Of a stretch of DNA of 64,000 nt, positions 29,763 to 37,942 are shown in pieces. Made by a program: the position numbers and the translations under genes. How positions within the stretch are numbered: the stretch's first letter is position 1; every line of letters begins with the position of its first letter. Source of the DNA: Phycisphaeraceae bacterium (lineage in GTDB: Bacteria > Planctomycetota > Phycisphaerae > Phycisphaerales > Phycisphaeraceae); NCBI GenBank assembly GCA_041743835.1, contig JBGTLW010000341.1, positions 707-64,706 on the forward strand, given 5' to 3'. The notes beneath the pieces were generated by a model that was not told the origin of the DNA, searched no databases, and saw nothing but the letters and a program-made list of their open reading frames with translations.

Positions 29763-29987
29763 TCACAACAGTTTGATTAAATCATCGGCCGACAGGTCCG
29801 CATCACGCATGATACGCCGCATCAAACCGGGGCCGATGTTTTCACCCGCATGGACCGGAACAACGGTGGTCCGCCCGTCAGGGTGCCGCAGCGTATGATG
29901 GCTGCCTCGGACTCGAAGAACCTCAAATCCCGCTTGACGAAGCGCGGCGAGCAAATCCTTGCCAGTGGGTCGCGGCAGGCGACTCAT
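29763..29987 (-). CDS. hicA: Type II toxin HicA (mRNA interferase)
   Basis: 74 aa. It has KDLLAALRQAGFEVLRVRGSHHTLRHPDGRTTVVPVH with the conserved GSHH catalytic His context. Its start overlaps the hicB stop (ATGA). Confidence 0.85.
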   Translation of the reverse strand: MSRLPRPTGKDLLAALRQAGFEVLRVRGSHHTLRHPDGRTTVVPVHAGENIGPGLMRRIMRDADLSADDLIKLL

Positions 29988-30199
29988 GCCTCGATCGCCA
30001 CACGCTGCACGCCCACAAACTGGCTGCCCTTACTGCCCGCGCCTTGATCGTCAACGCACGCCGCGATGGCCTCACGGATGCGGGCCATGACTTCGTCGAG
30101 CGATTTGGCTTGGGTGTGGCAACCACGCAACTCAGGGACTGACGCGACGAACCAGCCTTCCTCGTCCTGCTCGATAATCACGTCGTACTCGTACAGCAT
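29984..30199 (-). CDS. hicB: Type II antitoxin HicB (short UPF0150-type, no obvious DNA-binding tail)
   Basis: ATG 30199. The protein reads MLYEYDVIIEQDEEGWFVASVPELRGCHTQAKSLDEVMARIREAIAACV, which is the classic HicB N-domain pattern. Confidence 0.8.
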   Translation of the reverse strand: MLYEYDVIIEQDEEGWFVASVPELRGCHTQAKSLDEVMARIREAIAACVDDQGAGSKGSQFVGVQRVAIEA

Positions 30200-30244
30200 A
30201 TGAGAATTCCTCGCGTGTATTCTAGCCCCCATGCCTATGCATTG

Positions 30245-30700
30245 TCACGCACTTCGCGAGTAGGTGCTCATCGCGGTCTGCTGTGAGCCGGAGATCTGGG
30301 CGGGCGAGTCTGCACCTGGGGTCTGGCCGTTCTTCTTCATCAGCATGGCCCAGGTCTCACGCTCGTACTCAAGCAGCTTCACCGCCTCGTCCACTTTGCC
30401 GGCCTGCCGATCCATGTTGGCTTCCACCAGCAGGCGGTAGATGTAGCTGTAGAGGGCCGCGAGTTTGTCGCAGAGCTTGGGATCGACCGAGTGGTTCAGG
30501 GAGCTGCTCAGCTCCAGCACGATCTTCTGGGCACGCATGAGCGCGTTGTAGGCGTCTTCGATCTTGCCGTTCTCCATCGCGGTGCGGGCGACGCGTGCGA
30601 AGCGCAGGGCCCCGTCGTAGAGCATCAGCCGCAACTCCTCGGGGTTGGCGGTGAGGATCTTCGTGCGGAGGTAGGGGTTGGGGCCGGCCGGCTTGGTCAT
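30245..30700 (-). CDS. fliS: Flagellar export chaperone FliS
   Basis: NPYLRTKILTANPEELRLMLYDGALRF..AQKIVLELSSSLN..LAALYSYIYRLLVEAN closely follows the FliS consensus (compare the B. subtilis FliS pattern). ATG 30700 is preferred and ATG 30736 is possible. Confidence 0.8.
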   Translation of the reverse strand: MTKPAGPNPYLRTKILTANPEELRLMLYDGALRFARVARTAMENGKIEDAYNALMRAQKIVLELSSSLNHSVDPKLCDKLAALYSYIYRLLVEANMDRQAGKVDEAVKLLEYERETWAMLMKKNGQTPGADSPAQISGSQQTAMSTYSRSA

Positions 30701-30849
30701 GGGTGAGATGGCTTCCTGGTTCGGTACTTCCCGCATGTTGCATATCGGCCGTGGCGTGCCGGGGCGTTGAATAAGGTGGGCCCAGCGGCCCGCAGAGCCG
30801 TCCTATAACACGGCGGCGGGCACACGCCCCGGCCCGCTATGATGACTGG

Positions 30850-32220
30850 ATGACCGCGTTGTGGCAGAGCAAGATGGACGCCAACCGGGCCGCCGCCGAG
30901 CCCCTCGCGGTACGCATGCGCCCGCGGACGCTCGACGAGTTCGCGGGCCAGCAGCACTTCCTCGGGACGGGCAAGCTGCTGCGGCGGATGCTTGAAGCAG
31001 ACCGGCTTACGTCCGTCATTTTCTATGGCCCACCCGGCACGGGCAAGACCACCCTCGCCGAGGTCATCGCCGCGACCAGTCAGCGTCACTTTGACCGTGG
31101 GAACGCCGCGGCCGTCGGCGTCAAGGATGTGCGTCTGGTGCTGGATAGCGCGCGTCAGAGGCTCGAACAGGACGGCCGGCGAACCATCTTTTTTCTTGAC
31201 GAGATCCACCGCTTCAACCGCGCCCAGCAGGATGTGCTGCTGGGGGATGTCGAGCGGGGGATCATCACGCTGATCGGCGCGACCACGGAGAACCCGTACT
31301 TCGCGGTCAACAGCGCGCTGGTGAGCCGGTCGCAGGTGTTCGCGTTCCTTCCGCTGACCGAGGACGACATCGCCGGGCTGATCCGCCGGGCCATCGCGGA
31401 CCCCGCGCGTGGTTTCGGCGGGCTGGACGTGCGGATCGACGACGAGGCCATCGCGCACTGGGCCACCGCGTGCGATGGTGATGCCCGGCGGGCGCTCACG
31501 GCCCTTGAGATCGCGGTGCTCAGCTCGGGCAGGGAGAGTCAGGGCCCACAGGACACGGACTCGCCATCCCCGATCCACATCACCCTGGAGGCCGCGCAGG
31601 ACTCGATCCAGCAGAAGGCGGTGGTGTATGACGGCACGGGGGACGAGCACTACGACGCGATCTCCGCGTTCATCAAATCCATGCGGGGCAGCGACCCGGA
31701 TGCCGCAGTCTATTGGTTGGCGAAGATGCTGGTCGCGGGCGAGGACCCGATGTTCATCGCCCGGCGGATCGCGATCCTTGCCAGCGAGGATGTGGGCAAT
31801 GCCGACCCGCGGGCACTGACCATTGCGGCGGCTGCCTACGACATCACCCACCGCATCGGTATGCCCGAGTGCCAGCTTACGCTTGCCCAGGCCGCGATTT
31901 ACATGGCCACCGCGCCCAAGTCCAACGCCTGCACCGTCGCCATCGGCGAGGCGGCACGCGATGTCCGCGAGGGACGCACCATCCCCGTGCCCAAACACCT
32001 GCGCGACGGCCACTACAAAGGCGCCAAAAACCTTGGGCACGGCGTGGGCTACGAATATGCCCATGACAGCGAGACCGGTTTCGTCGATCAGGACTACCTC
32101 GGCGTTGACAAGACCTACTACACTCCCACCCAAAGAGGCTACGAGCAGCGGATCACTGCGTTTCTGGAATGGGTCAATGAGCAACGCGCTCAGCCCCGCC
32201 CCACCAAGCCCGCCCCCTGA
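30850..32220 (+). CDS. rarA: Replication-associated recombination protein A (AAA+ ATPase)
   Basis: It has PLAVRMRPRTLDEFAGQQHFLG..VIFYGPPGTGKTTLAEVIA..IFFLDEIHRFN..GDARRALTALE..YDAISAFIKSMRGSDPDAAVYWLAKML. Confidence 0.9.
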   Translation: MTALWQSKMDANRAAAEPLAVRMRPRTLDEFAGQQHFLGTGKLLRRMLEADRLTSVIFYGPPGTGKTTLAEVIAATSQRHFDRGNAAAVGVKDVRLVLDSARQRLEQDGRRTIFFLDEIHRFNRAQQDVLLGDVERGIITLIGATTENPYFAVNSALVSRSQVFAFLPLTEDDIAGLIRRAIADPARGFGGLDVRIDDEAIAHWATACDGDARRALTALEIAVLSSGRESQGPQDTDSPSPIHITLEAAQDSIQQKAVVYDGTGDEHYDAISAFIKSMRGSDPDAAVYWLAKMLVAGEDPMFIARRIAILASEDVGNADPRALTIAAAAYDITHRIGMPECQLTLAQAAIYMATAPKSNACTVAIGEAARDVREGRTIPVPKHLRDGHYKGAKNLGHGVGYEYAHDSETGFVDQDYLGVDKTYYTPTQRGYEQRITAFLEWVNEQRAQPRPTKPAP

Positions 32221-32447
32221 CCCCCCGCCCCCGGAACCGGAACCCCCGGATCCCGACACGCGGCCCCTCGGACCCACTGCCCCCCGGAAGTTGCGGGGCC
32301 TGGTGCGACTGTGGGTGGTACTGGTATTGAACTGTTGGCGTTCGAAAGCCTAGAATGCCGAAAGATACAACGAGGCTCCGCCCGTCCCGGCGGAAGGATG
32401 CCGCCTCTAACCCATGCTGTGTTCCTCCAACCGAAGGAGTGGTTGCG

Positions 32448-33623
32448 ATGGTACTTGGATCCCAAGCCCCGCGTGCCGAGTCGTCCCGCAGATACATGAC
32501 CTCCTCCCGCCGGCGGGGGTCGCGGCGGGTACCGCTGGCTATCGTTGTGCTGGTGATCCTGGTGGCGGTGGTCTATTACTTCTGGCCCACCGGCGGAACC
32601 ACCGACGCGGCAACCAACCAGCAGAGCGCGCAGTCCCCCGAGCAAACCACAACAACGCAGAACGCGAACGCGGCGGCACAGCCAAGGCCTCAGGCGTCAC
32701 CCAACCAGCAGGCCCGGCCGAACCAGACGCCAGCGAGCCAGACGCCCGCAGCACCAACCAACGCGACCCCCCCGCCAGCGGCGAATAACGATCGCACCGC
32801 TGCGCCTCGCCCCCCAGTGGCAGTCAGCACCCCGACCCAGACGACGACCTCGGTCGCGGACAGGCGGGTCAAGGACGGGCTGGCGCTGCTTGCCGAGGGT
32901 CAGTTTGTCGCCGGACGGGCGATTCTCAGTGAGTTGCTCTTTGCAACCCCGGCCGTGCTCAGCCCCGCCGATGCCGACACCATCCGCGCGACGCTGGCGG
33001 ATGTGAACAAAGGACTGATCTTCTCGCCCGAAGTCACGCCCAATGACCCGCTCGCGGAGCATTATGTGGTGAAGTCCGGCGATCGGCTCGCGAGGATCGC
33101 GCCGCTATACAAAGTGCCCTACCAGTTCATCGAGCTCATCAACGACACCCCGGCCGTGCGCATACGCGTGGACCAGCGGCTCAAGATGGTCAAGGGCCCG
33201 TTCCACGCCCGCGTGTCCAAACGCGAGTACCGCATGGACCTGTTCCTGCGCGGGAGCAACGGCCTGCCGATCTACGTCACATCAGTACCCGTGGGCCTGG
33301 GCGAAGACGACTCAACACCGCTGGGCATGTGGCGAATCAAGGCGGGCTCCAAGGTACAGAACCCCGACTGGCGCAACCCACGCACCGGTGAGTACTTCAG
33401 GGCAGACGACCCGAAAAACCCCATCGGTGAGTATTGGCTCGCGCTCGAAGGACTCGACGATAACACCCGCAACGTCACCGGCTACGGCATCCACGGCACC
33501 ATCGATCAAGACTCTATCGGCGACCAGCGCTCCATGGGCTGCATCCGCCTCCGCGATGAGGACATCAAGCTCATGTTTAAGATGCTGACCGACGGCGAAA
33601 GTACTGTGGAAATTGTGCGGTGA
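32448..33623 (+). CDS. L,D-transpeptidase (YkuD) with LysM domain, membrane-anchored
   Basis: The LysM domain is YVVKSGDRLARIAPLY..VDQRLKMV. The YkuD catalytic region is YGIHGT..SMGCIRLRDEDI. The start is uncertain: ATG 32355, 32448 (GGAG 8 nt upstream) or 32496 (immediately before the TM helix). Confidence 0.8.
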   Translation: MVLGSQAPRAESSRRYMTSSRRRGSRRVPLAIVVLVILVAVVYYFWPTGGTTDAATNQQSAQSPEQTTTTQNANAAAQPRPQASPNQQARPNQTPASQTPAAPTNATPPPAANNDRTAAPRPPVAVSTPTQTTTSVADRRVKDGLALLAEGQFVAGRAILSELLFATPAVLSPADADTIRATLADVNKGLIFSPEVTPNDPLAEHYVVKSGDRLARIAPLYKVPYQFIELINDTPAVRIRVDQRLKMVKGPFHARVSKREYRMDLFLRGSNGLPIYVTSVPVGLGEDDSTPLGMWRIKAGSKVQNPDWRNPRTGEYFRADDPKNPIGEYWLALEGLDDNTRNVTGYGIHGTIDQDSIGDQRSMGCIRLRDEDIKLMFKMLTDGESTVEIVR

Positions 33624-33638
33624 TGATGGGAGGCCGAG

Positions 33639-33665
33639 GCCGAGGGATGGCGATCCCTCGGCTTT
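33639..33665 (+). terminator. Intrinsic terminator-like hairpin (10-bp stem GCCGAGGGAT/ATCCCTCGGC, loop GGCG, then TTT)
   Basis: Read directly. It lies 16 nt after the L,D-transpeptidase stop. Confidence 0.6.
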
Positions 33666-33690
33666 GGCGTAGTGTCCCCTGGGAAGTTCC

Positions 33691-33704
33691 GGGGGGGGGG
33701 GGGG
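33691..33704. repeat. Homopolymer G14 (C14 on minus strand), abutting the cysH stop codon
   Basis: Positions 33691-33704 are all G. The cysH stop TAA is at 33707-33705 on the minus strand. Confidence 0.9.
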
Positions 33705-34466
33705 TTAGAGCATACTGGCGTCGCGGGATGCGGACTCTTCGGGGGTTGCGGGCATGTGGAGGCCGCACTCTTGTTTCAACCCGCCGAACCTGCCCTCTCG
33801 CTCGTGTTGACCCGCGGTGATGGGTAGCGTGTTGTACCAGTCGCCGACTGACGCGTAGCCCTTGTCACGCAGCGGGTGGTACGGCAGGTCGTGAGCTTTG
33901 AGGTAGTCGTGGATGTCCTTCGAGGTCCACGCCAATATCGGGTGGACCTTGTGTCGGCCACGCTGCAAGACGACCGGGGTCAGGTCCTGTCGGGTCTCGG
34001 TCTGACCCCTGCGGAGGCCCGCCAGGGTTGCGGTTGCGCCGAGTTCATCGAGCGCCCGCTCCATCGGCTCGACTTTGTGGATTTGATCGAGCTTATCCAG
34101 ATCAGCGGGGTCGCCGGTCTCCCACAGCTTGCCGTAGCGTGCCAACGTCCACGCGGCACTGTGCGCGGGTTGATACACCTTGAGGTTCAGCTTCAGCTTC
34201 AGCGTCAATTCGTCGGCAAACTTGTACGTGTCCAGGAAGTGGAAGCCCGTGTCGATGAAAATGACCGGGATATCGGGCACCACCCGCGTGACCAGGTGCA
34301 GCATCACCGCCGACTGCACCCCGAAGCTGGTGGACATGACCAGCCCCTGACCAAACGCCTCCGCAGCCCACGCCACCACCCGCGACGCCTCCGCGGACGC
34401 AAGCTGGGCGTTGACGGCTGGCAGGTCGATCGGCTGATGGGGAAGGTCGGTCGTCACGGTCGGCAT
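33705..34466 (-). CDS. cysH: Phosphoadenosine 5'-phosphosulfate (PAPS) reductase
   Basis: It has LVMSTSFGVQSAVMLHL..VIFIDTGFHFLDTY (PP-loop-like) and the C-terminal KQECGLH motif. Confidence 0.9.
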   Translation of the reverse strand: MPTVTTDLPHQPIDLPAVNAQLASAEASRVVAWAAEAFGQGLVMSTSFGVQSAVMLHLVTRVVPDIPVIFIDTGFHFLDTYKFADELTLKLKLNLKVYQPAHSAAWTLARYGKLWETGDPADLDKLDQIHKVEPMERALDELGATATLAGLRRGQTETRQDLTPVVLQRGRHKVHPILAWTSKDIHDYLKAHDLPYHPLRDKGYASVGDWYNTLPITAGQHEREGRFGGLKQECGLHMPATPEESASRDASML

Positions 34467-34576
34467 GCTTGTGGTTCTTCGGTGCTTTTCGAGTGCGCCC
34501 GCACCCCCGCGGGTGCATGGGCTGGTTGGGGTGAGGCATCATAGGGCGTACACGGCAGAACGGCTAGAATCCCCTC

Positions 34577-35068
34577 ATGACCATCGCTTGTGTGGGACTT
34601 GGCTCGAACCTCGGCGATCGGCGGGCGCACCTGGCGCTGGCGGAGCTTCGGTTGCGCGCCGCGGCGGGGGTGGCGGCGGTGCGGATGAGCGAGGCGATCG
34701 AGACCGAGCCGGTCGGCCCGGTGGCCCAGGGGCGATTCCTCAATGCCGCGGCAGCGATCGACACGACGCTAGACGCCCGCGCGTTGTTGGCACTGCTGCG
34801 GTCCATCGAGGCCGAGGCCGGACGCAGCGACACGGTCAATCGCGTCCGCTGGGGGCCGCGTGAGTTGGACCTGGATATCCTGCTGTTCGGCGATCAGGTC
34901 ATCGACGAGCCGGGGCTAAGCGTGCCGCACCCGCGGATGCACGAGCGCGCGTTTGTGCTCGAGCCCCTGGCCCAGATCGCGCCTGATACGGTACACCCAA
35001 AGCTTGGCCACACGGTGGCGTCGCTGTGGGCACAACTGCAAGCGAAGGAATCGTGCCATGGCCAATGA
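34577..35068 (+). CDS. folK: 2-amino-4-hydroxy-6-hydroxymethyldihydropteridine diphosphokinase
   Basis: It has CVGLGSNLGD..ETEPVG..FLNAAAAIDT..WGPRELDLDILLFG..VPHPRMHERAFVLEPL. Confidence 0.9.
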   Translation: MTIACVGLGSNLGDRRAHLALAELRLRAAAGVAAVRMSEAIETEPVGPVAQGRFLNAAAAIDTTLDARALLALLRSIEAEAGRSDTVNRVRWGPRELDLDILLFGDQVIDEPGLSVPHPRMHERAFVLEPLAQIAPDTVHPKLGHTVASLWAQLQAKESCHGQ

Positions 35069-35759
35069 CACGCTGATGATTAACGAGATTTTCTACTCGA
35101 TCCAGGGCGAGAGCACCTGGTCGGGTCGGCCGTGCGTGTTCGTCCGCCTCATGGGCTGCCACCTCCGGTGCCTCTATTGCGACACCGAGTACGCCTTCCA
35201 CGAGGGCGGCCGCCGGGCGCTCGACGACATTCTGGATGAGGTCCGCGTGATCGGCCGGGGCTGCGAACTTGTCGAAGTCACCGGCGGCGAGCCGCTGCTC
35301 CAGCCCAACGTCCACCCGCTCATGCAGCGCCTCTGCGATGAAGGCTACACCGTGCTCATCGAAACCAGCGGCGCGTGCGACATCAGCCCCTGCGACCCGC
35401 GCGTCATCCGCATCATGGACCTCAAAACCCCCGGCAGCGGCGAAGCAGACCGTAACCACTGGCCCAACCTCGACCAACTCACGCCCCGCGACGAAGTCAA
35501 GTTCGTCCTCACCGGCCGGGCCGACTACGACTGGGCCCGCGATGTGATTCTCAGTCACCAACTACGCGACAAGGTGAATGCGGTGCTGCTCAGCGCGGTC
35601 CACGAAATCCCGCCCGGCCGAGAACTCCCGGGGGCAGATGGCCTGTCGCTGGCCGACCTCACCCAATGGCTGCTCGACGACCCCGAGCTGGCCAGGTGCG
35701 TCCGCGTGCAGACCCAGTTGCACAAAATCATCTGGGACCCCACGATGCGTGGTGTGTGA
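35058..35759 (+). CDS. queE: 7-carboxy-7-deazaguanine synthase (radical SAM)
   Basis: ATG 35058 overlaps the end of folK by 11 nt. The protein reads MANDTLMINEIFYSIQGESTWSGRPCVFVRLMGCHLRCLYCDT (the CX3CX2C cluster motif). The track ORF start at 34953 is a run-on. Confidence 0.9.
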   Translation: MANDTLMINEIFYSIQGESTWSGRPCVFVRLMGCHLRCLYCDTEYAFHEGGRRALDDILDEVRVIGRGCELVEVTGGEPLLQPNVHPLMQRLCDEGYTVLIETSGACDISPCDPRVIRIMDLKTPGSGEADRNHWPNLDQLTPRDEVKFVLTGRADYDWARDVILSHQLRDKVNAVLLSAVHEIPPGRELPGADGLSLADLTQWLLDDPELARCVRVQTQLHKIIWDPTMRGV

Positions 35760-35821
35760 GAGTTCGTTCCTATTGCGACGCTACTACAGAGCCGTCGCGT
35801 CGGGCTTGTATCCTGTCCGAG

Positions 35822-35841
35822 CCGTCGCGTCCCCGCGACGG
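35822..35841. terminator. 8-bp GC hairpin (CCGTCGCG-TCCC-CGCGACGG) between convergent queE and psd; preceded by a direct repeat of GAGCCGTCGCGTC
   Basis: Read directly. There is no U-tract, so its function as a terminator is uncertain. Confidence 0.35.
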
Positions 35842-35976
35842 GGCCGACGCAGTCGGCAACTTCCGCACCCATAGCCCGCAGACCACGCGGGCTGATCGCC
35901 CGCCCCGCCTCGGGGACGAGGCGGCTCGGTGAAGCGTGACGCTGGCGGGTGGACAAGGCAGTGGTGACAAATCGAG

Positions 35977-36717
35977 TCATGAAACGGCGGTCCAAGTCTG
36001 CGTCGCCTGCTCCGCCTGCTCAGCCGTTTCATCCATCTCGTCGCCGTCCTCGATGGAGGGCGAGATCGGGGTGACCGTGGCGAGGACCGTGACGCCGGCC
36101 CGCACCTTCTGGCCACGCCCGACCGAGACTTTTGGCCGCAATGCCGCGGGCAGGTAAACCTCGGTCGTCGAGCCCAGCTTGATCAGCCCCAGCCGCTGGC
36201 CCCGCTGGAGGATCGCGCCCTCTTCCACGGTGCAGACGACCGTCCGCGCCAGCGCCCCAGCCACCTGACGCACGGCCGCGATGGGATGGCCCTTCACCGG
36301 GTGCTCCAGCACGATCAGATTGCTCTCGTTGACCTCCGCGGAGTCGGGGTTGAGGGCGTTGCGGTGCTCGCCGTCCTTGTGCGTGATGCTGGTGACCTTG
36401 CCGTGGCACGGGGAGCGGTTGATGTGGACATCGAAGACCGACAGGAAGATGCGGACGCAGGTCGCCGGGCCGTTAAGTGGCTCGTAGTGCTCCACCTCAT
36501 GCACCGAGCTGACGCGGCCGTCTGCGGGGGCGATGATGGCGTTTCGCTGGGAGGGGATGGCCCGGTCCGGGTCGCGGAAGAACAACACGCCACCGGCACC
36601 GGCAATCAGCACCAGTGGGATCGGCCACCACCAGCCCAGGATGCCAAACGCCACAGACACCAGCACCGAGATGCCGATGATCGTGAGCCATTCCATTCTC
36701 GCGTGCGGGCTGAGCAT
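35977..36717 (-). CDS. psd: Phosphatidylserine decarboxylase (short, membrane-anchored type)
   Basis: It has N-terminal TM helices, APADGRV..IFLSVFDVHINRSP..G and LGSTTEV (the GST self-cleavage site). Confidence 0.9.
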   Translation of the reverse strand: MLSPHARMEWLTIIGISVLVSVAFGILGWWWPIPLVLIAGAGGVLFFRDPDRAIPSQRNAIIAPADGRVSSVHEVEHYEPLNGPATCVRIFLSVFDVHINRSPCHGKVTSITHKDGEHRNALNPDSAEVNESNLIVLEHPVKGHPIAAVRQVAGALARTVVCTVEEGAILQRGQRLGLIKLGSTTEVYLPAALRPKVSVGRGQKVRAGVTVLATVTPISPSIEDGDEMDETAEQAEQATQTWTAVS

Positions 36718-36753
36718 GTTTCAATAGGTCGGCCGGGCGGGGCCTGGATCGGT

Positions 36754-36781
36754 AAAGAAAACCGACGGCACTGGCCGTCGG
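36754..36781 (-). terminator. Intrinsic terminator on minus strand (8-bp stem CCGACGGC/GCCGTCGG, 4-nt loop, then TTTTCTTT)
   Basis: Read directly. It lies between the HTH-membrane gene stop (36841) and the psd start (36717). Confidence 0.6.
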
Positions 36782-36840
36782 CGTAGGTTAGAACTTGGAG
36801 CACATCCTCCGCGTGACGCGGGGCAGTGCCATGACCGGAG

Positions 36841-37743
36841 TTACTTCGTGCCGCTCATCGCTTTGCCGACGAACATCCCCACCACGCCGAAGATGATGGA
36901 GACCACCAGCAGCCCGCCGCACCACAGGTAAAGCATGTTCGCGTCCTGTGTCATCAGCGAGGTGACCTGGCTCCGCGCCCCGGCCAGGGCGGCGATCACC
37001 ACCATCAGCCCCAGCACCAGCGTGATCATCGTCCCGAAGAACAGGCCCGATGTCAGGCCAGACCCAGCCGGATCGTAAGCCTCCGGCGCGCTGTACGTCA
37101 CCGGTGCCGATTGCGTAGCTGCGGAAGACGTGGGGATCACCGATGATGGCTCGCCGAGGTTCTCCAGGCCCGATGGCCCCGAGGCCCCGGTCTCCATCGA
37201 GAGCGCACCATCGAACACGCCGGATGAACCTGCGGCCGAGTCCAGCTTGGCGTCCGACGCTTCGCCCGAGCCGGGGTAGATTTCATCGAGCAACTCGGCA
37301 CCAAGCGAGGTGTCGTCTGACTCGCGGGTCAGGTCCAGGAGGCCCGAGCCGGAGCCGACCGATTCCAGTGCCAGGTCTTCATCGGAAATCGAGGAGGCGG
37401 TGACCTGCGTCTGCGCCATCGGGTCGGCGTGGTCGATCTCGCCGGCATCGAAGACGGAGATGCCGGTCGCTTCGCGTGGGTCTTCCCGGCGGGAGGGCGG
37501 CGCGGGCTTGCCGGTGTCTGAGCGGAGGTCGATCGCGTCGGTGTCACCGGAGTCCGCGAGCGAGATGCCGGTGCCCGATGCCCCGCTGCCCGCCAGCGCA
37601 TCCACCTGGTCACGCTTGAACATCAGGCGGTCGCGGTCACGGAACTGCTGGAGCTTGCCGTCCGACGCCATCTGCTTGATGGTGTCCGGCCCGAGTCCCA
37701 GTTTTTCAGCGGCTTCTTCGAGCGTATAGAACATCTTGGCCAT
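36841..37743 (-). CDS. Membrane-tethered protein with N-terminal excisionase/MerR-type helix-turn-helix
   Basis: The N-terminus MAKMFYTLEEAAEKLGLGPDTIKQMASDGKLQQFRDRDRLMFKRDQV is an HTH_17-like pattern. It is followed by a long acidic S/G/D-rich linker and two C-terminal TM helices (LFFGTMITLVLGLMVVIAAL, LYLWCGGLLVVSIIFGVVGMFV). Confidence 0.6.
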   Translation of the reverse strand: MAKMFYTLEEAAEKLGLGPDTIKQMASDGKLQQFRDRDRLMFKRDQVDALAGSGASGTGISLADSGDTDAIDLRSDTGKPAPPSRREDPREATGISVFDAGEIDHADPMAQTQVTASSISDEDLALESVGSGSGLLDLTRESDDTSLGAELLDEIYPGSGEASDAKLDSAAGSSGVFDGALSMETGASGPSGLENLGEPSSVIPTSSAATQSAPVTYSAPEAYDPAGSGLTSGLFFGTMITLVLGLMVVIAALAGARSQVTSLMTQDANMLYLWCGGLLVVSIIFGVVGMFVGKAMSGTK

Positions 37744-37942
37744 GCGTATTGACTCCGTTTACGAAACCTTTCGGCTGGCTAAACACCCGCCGAGCCATGC
37801 CCGGGAAATAACCTACCCAAGCAAGAGGCCTGTCGATTTATCATAAGTCCTTTAGTGGACAATCACAAGGCCTGTGTGTGAGCCAGACGATCCGGTCTCA
37901 AGACGCCCCGCCGGGAACGCCTCACGCTGTTACCCAACGGGG

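Noticed and set aside
34953-35057. N-terminal extension of queE overlapping folK
   Set aside because: The extension is Arg/Cys-rich and lies inside the well-supported folK frame. MANDTLMINEIFYSIQGE at ATG 35058 is the canonical QueE N-terminus.
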